A DNA stretch of 63,379 bases, the filler included, from Octopus bimaculoides (lineage: Eukaryota): assembly GCF_001194135.2 (NCBI RefSeq). It is 4 parts of 3 records of this genome, joined end to end, with 100 filler letters (N's around TTAATTAATTAA, not from the genome) between each part and the next. Parts side by side here need not be neighbours in the genome. Positions count along the whole stretch, not along the records: positions 1 to 27,644 come from NC_068996.1; 3 more parts are not named here. One strand, given 5' to 3'. Positions within the stretch are counted from its first letter, which is position 1; each line of letters starts with the position of its first letter. Shown in pieces: positions 1-11,247 of this stretch. The notes below the pieces were generated by a model. It worked only from the letters and a program-made list of their open reading frames with translations. It did not search any database and was not told where the DNA came from. Made by a program: the position numbers and the translations under genes.

Positions 1-32
<32 letters not shown>

Positions 33-136
33 CATCTGCACATATATATGTATTTATATATATATATGTGTGTGTATGTGTGTGTGTGTGTGTGTGTGTA
101 TAGAGATGTATATGTATAGATGTATATGTATATATC

Positions 137-345
137 CAATGGGGGTCTTAAAAGACATGTTAGGATCCACAATGAGCAGAACTTACTTGCAGGTATTGGT
201 AGTGCAAATCAGAGGTGCAATCTGTGTGGGTGTTTTTTCAAAACACTGTCTGGTTTAAAAAGCCACATCAGACGCCATGAAAGGGCTAAGGTGTAGGTGC
301 AGGAGGTGGTCAAACTTTGTTTAAGGAGTAGACAACCACCACCAT
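137..345 (+). mobile_element. RTE-type LINE 3' end remnant
   Basis: Frame reads CNLCGCFFKTLSGLKSHIRRHERAKV*, the C2H2-like C-terminus of RTE ORFs, followed by a short UTR and a (TA)n tail. Confidence 0.65.
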
Positions 346-537
346 ATATATATATATATACATGTATATATAGGGATTTATATGTATATATATATATATG
401 TATACATGTATCAATATATTATAAATTAACTACCAACAAAAATAATTGGTAAGCTAACTCAAAAAATCATCACCAAAATAGCAGAAAAAAACGACAGTGA
501 AGGTATGCAGACTCTTCAAGAATCGTTCCTTTTGGTT

Positions 538-669
538 ATATTAATAATAATCAAGGAGTTACGACGCAAAAACGTATAAATTTATATTGAAATTTATATT
601 GAAGAAGATAAATATGTTCATTTGAATTTATACGTTTTTGCGTCGTAACTCCTTTATTATTATTAATAT
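538..669. repeat. Inverted repeat, 45-bp arms (538-582 / 625-669), 42-bp spacer
   Basis: ATATTAATAATAATCAAGGAGTTACGACGCAAAAACGTATAAATT pairs with 625-669 with one mismatch. Confidence 0.9.
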
Positions 670-873
670 GTATACATGTATGTATATATATGTGTGTGTA
701 TATATGTGTACATATATATTTATATATATATACACACAGATGTATATTTATAGATGTATATGTATAGATGTATATGTATAGATGTATATGTATATATGTA
801 TATATGTATATATAGATTTATATGTATATATATATAGATGTATAAATAGATTTATATGTACATATATAAAACA

Positions 874-921
<48 letters not shown>

Positions 922-1480
922 CAAATGATATGTGAGCAAATGCATATATATATACATACATATATGTACATACCTACATCTACATGTATATATAGATGCA
1001 TATCCGGGTACAGGACGTCAAAAAAACGTGGACAAAAAAGCACAAAAAACGAACTTTTTTTACAGACAACAGAATAAACACATAGGAAAACAGACAAGCC
1101 ACATATGGATCTTTTCCTTCATTAGCTGCCTCTATTCTAAACTAGGCGTTTCGAAGATGAGGCTGTGAATCCGACCCACTAAGGGATAATATCTATCCAA
1201 TATACTGCTGGGAGGGTACCCAATTATTATTACACTAGTGTTTTTACCAACTGCAATAAATGAGTGTGGATAAAAGGAGGTTTTACCCTAAATTTATATA
1301 GCAATAAGAAAATGGAGGTGAATATGTGTTACTCATCAACTTGCAGACACTGTACTATGTTAATTAACCTGTTTATTTTTCAACCAAAAGGACAATACAG
1401 ACAATATACAAACACATATGACACACAATATCATATCAACAATTGAAAATTCAAAATTCAAAAGGACATCTAGTGACCGA

Positions 1481-1544
1481 AGAAGGGACAAAGTCTAGAA
1501 GGGACAAAGTCTAGAAGGGACAAGGTCTAGAAGGGACAAAGTCT
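1481..1544. repeat. Tandem repeat 16 bp x4 (AGAAGGGACAAAGTCT)
   Basis: Copies start at 1481, 1497, 1513 and 1529; one substitution in copy 3. Confidence 0.95.
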
Positions 1545-1671
1545 TACAGCTGTTTCGGCCTAGAGGTGGCATGCCTCATTCGATCAATATAACTCCAGTA
1601 AACTGGAGTAATTGGTAGATGAAAAGGATGTAATGAAGGTACATGCATGATTCTCTAGGCCTCTTCAGAGA
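1542..1671 (-). ncRNA. Hammerhead ribozyme, Penelope (PLE) minimal type
   Basis: Minus strand: UCU-CUGAAGA-GGCCUAGAG-(87 nt)-CUCUAGGCC-GAAA-CAGCUG-UA|AGA. Both conserved core boxes, a 9-bp stem II, a palindromic stem III (ACAGCUGU), a GUA triplet and a 3-bp stem I are present. Confidence 0.85.
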
Positions 1672-2841
1672 TTTCCAAAGTTCAGTTCATGAAGTTTACA
1701 AAATTCAAATATAAATATAAAAATATAAAACATATATAAAAAAACATATAAAGTGTCATAAAAACTCACATATATATGTGCATATGCATGCATACTTTAA
1801 CATATACAGATATACATAAATACATAAACATGAATACCTATATCTGTGTTTAGATATACATACACAAATGTCTATACATGCACACCAAAGAGTTAAATGT
1901 TATTGTTACTATATATGAGGAGGACAGACACATATATACACACCCACACATACATACATACACATGTATATATAAACACTCCCATACATATATGTTCCCT
2001 GGTACATATGCTTTTAGTTGCGTTTGGAAAGAGGACCGGTGTAACGGTTCTTATCACTATATTTCCAGCACAATGTTCAGACCTATATGTGTATATATAT
2101 ATATATATATNNNNNNNNNNNNNNNNNNNNNNNNNNNNNNNNNNNNNNNNNNNNNNNNNNNNNNNNNNNNNNNNNNNNNNNNNNNNNNNNNNNNNNNNNN
2201 NNNNNNNNNNNNNNNNNNNNNNNNNNNNNNNNNNNNNNNNNNTATTTATTTATATGCGAGACCTGTGGGGTATGAACGTGTCAGGCCTGTTTGTGATGGA
2301 GAGGGTTTAGGTAAAAATTATTTCGTGAGGAATTGTTATGATAATAATGTCCAGACTTTTTTAACCTGCGATGAGATATTCCGTTACTTTTCTGTTTATG
2401 GAGAAGTTAGAGTCCTGCTGGTAGTGGGTATTTGGAATCCTGCTGGCATTGGGGAGGGGTAATTTTTGCTGTTAAGTCCTCTCATCTAATTGGTCATCTA
2501 TTGTTTTAAACTGTCTTGGCTTAGCTACGGTTGGATAGCCACTAACCGGTCAAATGAATTAGGCATGAGTATATATATATATATACATACATCCACACAT
2601 ACGTGTGCATTTATATATTTATATACGTGCACAAATACGTATACATACACATACACATGCCTGTATATACTCATATAGATGGAGTGTATATAAATAATAC
2701 AAAGATTAAATAAATTATTAAGAAGTTTATATGCGGATACAAATAAATATTCGTATGTTACTTTACCCCCTATTGTAGTGTGGTCATGTATGTGTGTATA
2801 CATACATGTACAGCTAAACACACATATAGGTATTCTTGTAT

Positions 2842-3033
2842 TTATGTGCCTTTAATTTGGGTGTAATTATTTCCATTGAAGAAGAATGTGTTGTTTTTCA
2901 GAATAAGTCTGACTGTGTCTAATATAAATGGCACTGTGAATCTGTTGGGGATCACTTCTCTATGTTTTTCTACCCGATATCTAATCGCCTTTATTCCTAA
3001 ATCATGCGGAATATTGGTGTAGAGGCTTACCAC
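2842..3033 (-). pseudogene. Penelope reverse transcriptase fragment (D..SLYTNIP to Q.KGT)
   Basis: ORF-track translation VSLYTNIPHDLGIKAIRY...NGNNYTQIKGT; flanking frames are broken. Confidence 0.85.
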
Positions 3034-4099
3034 ATCAAAACTAAGTAGAAGTGAATTTGTTTCAGTTGTTTTGAGAAGATGGGACAGGAGTTCGTGTCAT
3101 CCTGGAGGAAACTTGGTATGTAGGTACATAGTGGTTTCAAAACAATGTCAATAAAATTGCTTAGGCGGTGGGTAGGTCATGATGGACCAGCTATAATAGG
3201 TCTAAGTTTTAGGTCTTTTGGATACAGTAATTTTATGTACTCAACTTTTTGTTCTTTTACTGCATGCTGAATACCTAAGGGTATCATGCATGCATAGCGT
3301 CACCCGTACATTTAAGTATTTTCGAAACTAACGTTTATAGTTACCATACATGAACTTTGATGGTGGAATTTAATTTTGGTGTCGTATCCGTTGTAAACTA
3401 TTAAATATAAAAAATCATGTGATATTATATTATATGGTGAATTATATTGCATTACATACGTTATATACTATGTGTTGTGGTATGTCGTGGGCTATATATA
3501 ATACTATCCCAGGATAACTCCTGCCTAGTTAGTCTGACGTCAGCCTATTTTGGTGATTACATTATTTTCCTTTCTATGATGTTCTACTCTACTGATCATA
3601 TTTTGTATACTTGTAGTAACTTTATGTAAGTAAGTCTCCTTTTGACTATATCATATACCCCCTAGAAACTATAAAATCATACATACAACAACACCTGTAA
3701 CATTACAACTTATAAAAATCTCTTCGGTCTGAATACATTTAACTGCCCTCACTACTTACATACCGATTACTCCCTCCTTTCGGGTTACCTTTATCTTTTC
3801 TCTACCTCTAATTTTAATCTCGTCTCTTTATATGCAGGTTGTATGTATTTCTTATTTATTTTCTATAAATTCGTATTTTATTTCGTTTTGGAATTTGGTT
3901 TGCAAGATTCTTTATGTGAGTTCGTGTGTTGAAGCATATTTTGTTGTGTCTAGGGAGAGTCATTCTCTTTTAGTGTCTTATTATTTAACACACTCGCCAG
4001 TAAAGTTTCCACTCATTTACTTATTTATTTTTCTAAAATTTCCGTTGCATCTTGCAACCTTTTCAATAGTTGTTGACTCTGTCCGTTATCTGAGCTGCG

Positions 4100-4664
4100 T
4101 TCTTTTTGTTTGTTTGTGCGCATGTGTGTGGATCAGTGTGTATGCGCATACACATGTATGTAAGTATGCATGTATGTATGTATGTATGTATGTATGCATG
4201 TAAGTGTGCGTATGCATGTATGTATGTGTGTGTGTGCGTATGTATATATGTATGTGTGTACGTTTGTATGTATGTGCTCTACATATTCATGTGTTTGTGT
4301 GTTTATGTGTTTTTATGTGTATGTGTGTGTGTGTGTGTGTGTGTTTGCATATGTGTGTGCGTGTGTGTGTGTACCTCTGTCTCCTTGTGTATGCATTTTG
4401 AGTGTGTCTGTGTGTATATGGGTGTTTGTGACTATGTACTGTGTCTGTATGTACTGATGTGTATCTCCATATGTGTGGATATGTGTCTCCATATGTGTCT
4501 TTGTGTCAAGTGAAGTGTGTGTGTATATGGTCATGTGTTTCAGTCTTCATTTGCGTATGTGTGTATGTGTGCTTGTATGTTCATATTACCTGTATACCTC
4601 TATATGTCTATTTGTTTACTTTCATATCCATTTACCTAGATACATGTGCATATACATACGCACG

Positions 4665-4716
<52 letters not shown>

Positions 4717-4720
4717 TACA
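4100..4720. repeat. Compound (TG)n/(TATG)n/(CA)n microsatellite block
   Basis: Directly visible. Confidence 0.95.
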
Positions 4721-4789
4721 TCTACATAACGGCCCACTAACTATTCTACTTGTATATAAATATAAACTGTGGGTATGATTACCTACTAC

Positions 4790-5180
4790 GTATATTTCCT
4801 ATTTAGTACTAGAGATGTTCATTTATTAGAACGTACTCCTGTATTTGTCTGAGGGTTGGATCCTTTGAGTGCTTCGATAAAATGCAGATGTCACATTGAC
4901 CCAGGTTGCCTCCATATTAGTCCTTGGCATGTTGGTAGAGTATGAAGGACTGTTTTTTGTCGTCATATTGTCTCAAATGTTCATTTAGTCTTTCAGCAAT
5001 GCTCCTAGATGTCTTCCCTGTGTATGTCATGTTCATGTCTTGACAAGCCCCTTCTATGTATCGTATGTTGTAGACTACATTTCTAGTTCTACAGTTAATG
5101 CCAGGACTAATCCTACATACCATGCAGTTATCTTTGGTGCATATGGTATTTCCAAAGGGATACGTCCAACATTGTTGTGA

Positions 5181-5232
<52 letters not shown>

Positions 5233-5330
5233 GCTGGCACAGTCAGACAAGTTTTCCATTTTTCAGGACAGATTGAAAAAAAAAAATTTTTTATGACATC
5301 TAAACTGCGAAGATACACCCTCAAAGTGCG
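4790..5330 (-). mobile_element. Penelope-like GIY-YIG endonuclease remnant
   Basis: CTKDNCMVC...NCRTRNVVYNIRY...MTYTGKTSRSIAERLNEH, then KDPTLRQIQE past the stop; (TA)n inserted at about 5180-5230. Confidence 0.8.
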
Positions 5331-5464
5331 AGTTTCGTAAGAGAGACTGACTCACACGAGAGATGATGTTGTTAACCAACTGTTGACAAAAATTCAATAT
5401 AAATAAACATAAATAAATACGAGAAATTGTTTAGACTTACGCAGACGAAAACGACGACAGCCAG

Positions 5465-5472
5465 TCAGATGG

Positions 5473-5514
<42 letters not shown>

Positions 5515-5630
5515 CATACATACATACATACATACATACATACATACATACATACATACATACATACATACATACATGCATGCATGCATGCATGCATACA
5601 CAACATACATACATATATACATACATACAT
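5465..5630. repeat. (GATA)n/(ATAC)n/(ATGC)n compound microsatellite
   Basis: Directly visible. Confidence 0.95.
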
Positions 5631-5639
5631 TTGTTCATT

Positions 5640-6145
5640 AGCCATGCAGGGCCGTACACAATGTGGAATTTTTCTTCTTCGAAATCGATCAAAAGGGGAT
5701 GAAAAAGCTTTTGTTGAACCTTTCATTAGACAAAACTTCCCTCTCTATTCTTACCTTCCTTTTCAAGTGTCGATGAGAGGTTGGCCAGAGAGGAAAGTGT
5801 TTGATTTTAAACCTTTCGCACGAGTCCGCCACATACATTGTTTCACCATAGCCACCTGTACAAGAAATCTACCTTGCCTTCTGGCGTGGCAATATTCACG
5901 ATAGACGACCGAATGCGTCCCACACGTGACAGCAGCCGTTCGACATAAGTTCACAGGTCTGCAATGTTTGGACATTGCACAAGTGCATGCAGAACCGTTT
6001 TGTCGCTCTGACCGCATCCCGGGCAAGTCACTCTTGTGTTTCTTGAACCGTACCTGTAGAACTTATCCCGAACGGGCAATGCTTCCCAATAGCACTGCCA
6101 GAGCAACATCTTTTAACCACCAAGTATCGAAGTGCATCCCTTGAC
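5640..6145 (-). mobile_element. Tx1/L1-clade LINE 3' ORF2 fragment
   Basis: Minus frame LWQCYWEALPVRDKFYRYG...TCPGCGQSDKTVLHALVQCP (zf-RVT-like CCHC), then AMVKQCMWRTRAKG. Confidence 0.75.
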
Positions 6146-7335
6146 CAAGTTTGCATACATGAGGCTGATAACATCATGAGACTTGGAAAGTGGCTCCTTG
6201 ACCAGCATTCCTTATCTGATAACCTAGAATACATGACCAAAGAAGTCGCACGACTCCACCGCAACATATCATCAGATGAAAGGATGAGCATATATCAGCA
6301 GAAGACTATGCATGGATATGTTAATAGAAAGTTCTGGGGAGATAGTAACATCGATCTTCAAAACAGTCTATCATGGACTAACAACCGGATTACTAACACC
6401 CACTTTGAAGGGATGCGTTTGAAATCCAGGAACAGGAAATATCAACAAAATACATGATGCACAAAAGGCACTGAGACGCAGGGAAAGCATCAAAATGGGA
6501 TAACCGGTGCAGACTTTGTGGAGTTAACACCGAAGATATCACCCACTTCATAAGCAGTTGTCCGAAAATGTCATCATGGTATCATCTACCGATGAGACAT
6601 TATGTTGTAGCTAGGACACACTATAATGAGATCTATCGGAAGGATAACCCCGAGAACAAAGAAATAAGACCCCTACGGCATGGTAGAAGCTTTAGCCACT
6701 CATAATAAAAAGTACTGATGGAATGTTCTAGTGAAGACCTCAATAAAATGTAAGCACAATAGACCTGATATAATGATTTGGGATGGAGAAGAGAAACTGT
6801 ACAGTTGTGGAAATCAGCTACCCAGCAGATGTTAACATAAAACTGAAGATCAGCGAATGAGAGAATACCTACGCTGAACTATTAAAAAATTAGCAGCTAC
6901 TCTATCCAGAGTACAAGTTCAGGTTTATACCTGTAATTATTGGGACACTGGGATACGTGACACACAGCCTAACTACTAATCTTGAGAAATTAGTCTTCTC
7001 AAAACCAGAAAGGAGAAAGCTGATGCGAAGACTACAGATCCAATCCATCACTGGAACTGTAAAAATCTGTAAAACTTTCCAGAAGTTTATCTTATAAGTA
7101 TATATGAGCATGTCTAGACATGCAACTATATGCATGAGAATACATACATACATAAAACAAAACAGAAATCTGCACATACATACATACATACATACATACA
7201 TACATACATACATACATACATACATACAAAAATACCCTTTTGTTGTTGTGCAAATTCCGATGAAGGAGCCTTGGATTTATATTAGAAACCAGCCTTTTCT
7301 CTATTGGCAAAAAATCTTGAAATAAAACTGAATAA
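6145..7335 (+). mobile_element. R4/Dong-like RLE non-LTR retrotransposon, 3' part with 3' UTR
   Basis: KTMHGYVNR; CRLCGVNTEDITHFISSC (CCHC); RH; HNRPDIMIWD...VVEIS.P (PD-(D/E)XK-type nuclease); FIPVIIGTLG. ORF ends about 7096; UTR carries an internal (ATAC)n. Confidence 0.85.
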
Positions 7336-7502
7336 TAACATATACATACATAGATACATACATACATACATACATACATACATACGTATGTACGCACGCA
7401 CGCGCGCACATACATACATACATCCATAAATACATACATACATACATACATACATACATACATACATACATGCATGCATACATACATACATACATACATA
7501 CA

Positions 7503-7533
<31 letters not shown>

Positions 7534-8227
7534 CCTTCTTTACGTGTCACAGAAAATAACCATTTTCGCTAGGCAAGGTTTGTCATTAAGACTGAACATA
7601 CATTTCCGTGTGCGCGTGTTTTTCTGTGAATTTTGTTTGAGAGCAAAAAGACATTCTAGGTTCAAATAACATATCTTTACATACATATGCAAATGGGCGT
7701 CTGAATTCAAAACACGAACCACAAAAATAATGTGATAACACCACTAAATTTTGATGCCTCCACGTTTAAACACTAGCATAGCCTTTGTAGGTCAGCTGAA
7801 ATAACGAGAATGCAAGAAAATAATGAATCTGTTTCATATTCATTTTGAGTGTGGAAATTTAAATTTCACTACATTGAGCAATTTTAAATTTAGGTACATT
7901 TGAAATAGTGATGGGGTGAACCCCGTTCCCGTTTCTACAGCACGGAAATTCTGGGTTTGCTAGGTTTTAAACCTAAGGCTAAACAACAAAAACAGCTCAA
8001 AATGAAAAAGCACCTGGTCGTCCCAGGAGCACACAGTAAGTCTCTGCGACACTCTCACATTGCTTATTACTACACGCACAGACAGTTGCCCACTAATCCT
8101 GCAGCTACATCCTTTCTTACTCCAGAACACTAGAAGAAATACTGTCTTCCATTCATAAACATAAAGTCCCAAACAGATAGAGTATTGCTACAAAATTAAT
8201 TCCAAGTGTTTTCAAACATTTTGAGGT

Positions 8228-8846
8228 GAGACGTTTATAATCTCAAAGAAGTACAAAACTTTAATTGCTTTCAAAATAGGATTCTCTGACTTCAACACAC
8301 TTGTTGTAGTGCTCCATCCATTTCGTGAAGTCTCCAAGGAAGTTCAGCACCCTTTACTTTCAAAACGACTGCCCCTGAGGTTTTTCTTTAGCTTGGGAAA
8401 ACAACCAAAAGTCGCATGGAGCAAGGTCTGGGCTTAGTGGAGAGTGAGGGACAGTTTTGATTACCAGTGCTGGTTACCAGGATACTTGTTAGTAAGCAAC
8501 CTGGGAACAAACTTTGCACAAATGTTGCACGTGTTCAGATCTTCATGAATAATTCTGTGCATAGTCAGTCGTCATACCAACTCCAAACTGTATATTTATT
8601 ATCTTTATACACACGCAACGGACTTCATCCTGAAAACTGAATTTTTTTAATTAGGTCTGATGTTCTGACATCCCTCTCCCTCCCTCACTTCTCCTCGTCT
8701 CTCAGTTCCTCTCTTCTGTTTGTTGATCTTCTTGTGCCGGCGAATAAGATAATCCATAAGCAGTCTAGAGCTTTTCATAAGTTTCTGTAGCGTTTTTGCT
8801 GAGGTTAGCACGAAACTTTATTATTTAGTGAGCTTCCAAACGTCTC
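8228..8846 (-). mobile_element. Mariner transposon relic, internally deleted
   Basis: Minus frames give PHSPLSPDLAPCDFWLF, W.EHYNKCVEVRESYFE and IIHEDLNTCNICAKFVPRLL. Residual inverted ends GAGACGTTT (8228) / AAACGTCTC (8838-8846). Confidence 0.8.
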
Positions 8847-10099
8847 GACTACATTCTGCAATCTGGTCGGCTGTGACAAGCAGTGTTTAGTAGGGTATTC
8901 AAAATATTGTTACAGCCTTCAGTCTGGATGACAGGTCAGCTTATTAAATGTTTAGTAATGATAAACTAAAATTACAATCGTCTAGGACATTTATAACTCG
9001 CTCTCCTAAAAATATCTCAAAACTTCTGGAATGCAACTCATATACCTGCTCTAATTTTATGCTATTAATCAATAATATTTTAAGGGAAGTTACTCTGTTT
9101 AGTAGTTAAATAGTAATTTCCCTTTAATTAGTTGTTTTTTTTTTAATAACTTTACCAGCACGAATAATAAAATAATTATTGTAATAATAATATTGGTTTG
9201 CCTTCTGTGAGGATGAAAAGATTACAGATCATAGAGAAATAGTGAAACGCAATAATGTATCGTTCATATATTTCTTAAGACTGTGTTAAGCAAGAATAAT
9301 TTATATACGATACGGTCTCACGTATGCATGTGTAATACTTCGACCGTGCGAACCAAAGGAGATGGCGACGTAGACGGGAAGGGCTCCTTTTTACCATGTC
9401 GCACGGTCGAACACAAAAATAAAATATATATATAAGATAGCCTCCTCGTGAGAGATACAAGCCAAGTGCCAGTAAAGAAACAGATTAGGACAAATAACCG
9501 ATATGATTTATAATTAGTTTCTTAACATAGTGAAATTGTTTGTGTCTGTGTGTGCGTGCATGCGACATATATAATTAACACAGTAGATAAGTCAGGCCTT
9601 CGTGTACAAGAGAAGGTATATAACAATGTGAAGTGACGGACAGTCGTATAAGCAATAGTGTGTGTACAATATGTGAGAGTACAAGTGTGAGTGTGAATGA
9701 GAGGAAACACAGAATATAGAAAGAGTGTCTGTAACATAGACTGTAAAAAGTCTTAAACACTGAAATAGAGAAATACCAGTTCGTATTAGAGTTACACAAG
9801 GAGATAGAATGTTCATAAGCAGGAAGTTTTGGCCAAGTAGCAGAGCTGTGGATTCACAATATGTGTGTTGAGCGTCGAATGCTGTGACCGTTTACCTGAT
9901 ACGGAATATTCTTGCTGGTTAGTTCTGACTATTGCTCGTGAGTGGAAATAATCCACTCAAACAGGGTCGATATAAAACCGAGTGTGTTGATATTGGTGTG
10001 TACCTGGTCGTGGGTTTGCTGGCGCACGACATTGTGGTAGACAGTACATTGGTGGTGAAGACGTCGGCGCTGGAACTGGCTGTAGCTGTGTTCTGTATG

Positions 10100-10238
10100 T
10101 GTGGTCAGCGACCAGACCTGAGAGAGATCTGAAATCGAAGACGGTGTCTGTGGTCAACGACCAGACCAGTGAGAGATCTGTAATCGAAGACGTGTGTGGT
10201 CAGCGACCAGACCTGTGAGAGATCTGAAATCGAAGACG
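10100..10238. repeat. Three tandem 46-49 bp units inside the solo LTR
   Basis: TGTGGTCA(G/A)CGACCAGACC..GAGAGATCTG(A/T)AATCGAAGACG starting at 10100, 10149 and 10195. Confidence 0.95.
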
Positions 10239-10254
10239 ATTGCCGTCGTTGGAT

Positions 10255-10405
10255 CGGGCTTATTTATAGGCGAAAAAGGGCTCACCGGAAACCCAGTAAA
10301 ACTCTCTATCACGTGACTTTATCTTTGGGCCACGATTGGACATAATGCCCCCTTAGCAAGCAGAACATGGGGACAATTGCCGCGCAAATAAGAACCAATC
10401 AGGAT
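10255..10405 (-). promoter_or_regulatory. Putative LTR U3 promoter (TATA, CCAAT, E-box)
   Basis: CTATAAATAAG (minus, about 10259-10269), TCACGTGA near 10308-10315, GATTGG near 10335 and CCAATC near 10396. Confidence 0.5.
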
Positions 10406-11160
10406 GATGGACAGAAGGGTTCAAGGCAACCAAAGGCTAGATGTTAGCAGCTTCGTTATCATTTATGATTGAATGCCCGAGAGAGAGGTTTCACTACACA
10501 TGCAACAAGAATTGTTTAAATATGAGTACTTACGCAGCAGTCTGCTTATGAAATTCATGCACTTGCCTTTCTCACCTACAGCTACCGAAAATTTTCTGTG
10601 GTACAGAAAACTCTACGGAATACCCCGCTAGTTTATATATCGGCCTTTTCGTGGATCGTTTCTGTTTGGCTGCCAAGGTCAGTTTCTGTTCAGATTGATT
10701 TCATATTCAGTGTAATGATACACCTTTATAGGCTGATCACTATAAATCAATAAATAAAGAGTTATTATCTATTAAAGTTTGAAAGTTTGGGTAATTTTAG
10801 CCAAACGTGAGCCACAGACACATTTATGTCTGTTTCCATTGTAATAAGCCGAACATGAGAACTCTTTCGTTTGCAAGAAAGCACGTGTTGACAAATATAT
10901 TGAAACCACTTGTTGACGCTGTGTTCTACTGTTTTACCCACCTAGAAATTTTACCGATCCGTTTGATTTTGTTTTTAGATAAACAATCGCCTGAACCTTC
11001 ACTGTCAACCCTTGCACTATCAACTGTATTCCGCTTTCGCCTCTGCACCTAACCTTCCTGCCATCCACTGCGCTCAAATGTGGGTAACCAGCTAGTCATC
11101 ATTTTTACAGTTACCAAGGTTGTAGTGCAAGGGCTCGAGCCTCTCTCGACCCCGCCTCGA

Positions 11161-11245
11161 AATAGAGAAAGAGCCGATTTCTAACCTAGATCCAAGGCTC
11201 CTTCATTGGAATTTCAGCATCAACAACAGGATATTTTTGTATGTA
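11161..11245 (-). mobile_element. Second copy of the R4/Dong-like 3' UTR
   Basis: Reverse complement (GAAATTCCAATGAAGGAGCCTTGGATCTAGGTTAGAAA...) aligns with about 7228-7305. Confidence 0.8.
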
Positions 11246-11247
11246 TG

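Larger units (their letters stand above)
1365..3700 (-). mobile_element. Degenerate Penelope-like retroelement (RT, C-terminal region, 3' pLTR with hammerhead)
   Basis: Minus-strand motifs: RPIIAGPS*PTHRLSNFIDIVLKPL (about 3130-3210), VSLYTNIPHDLGIKAI...LILKNNTFFFNGNNYTQIKGT (2842-3033), and RNISSQVKKVWTLLS*QFLTK*FLPKP (about 2300-2400). Interrupted by microsatellites and a gap. AATAAA on the minus strand at 1372-1377. Ends approximate. Confidence 0.85.
9331..10498 (-). mobile_element. Solo LTR (1168 bp), probably Ty3/Gypsy
   Basis: TGTA...TACA termini with a 4-bp CATG duplication at 9327-9330 and 10499-10502. TATAAATA on the minus strand at 10261-10268, with CCAAT and CACGTG motifs upstream. 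Confidence 0.8.

Noticed and set aside
1100-1290. QQYIG as a GIY-YIG motif
   Set aside because: Surrounded by stops, lacks the downstream R..EH motif, and lies beyond the pLTR polyA signal.
7250-7305. Hammerhead-like look of the R4 3' UTR (CCGATGA...GAAACC; also 11165-11215)
   Set aside because: Core deviates (CCGAUGA/CCAAUGA), there is no convincing stem II closing pair and no NUH triplet in register.
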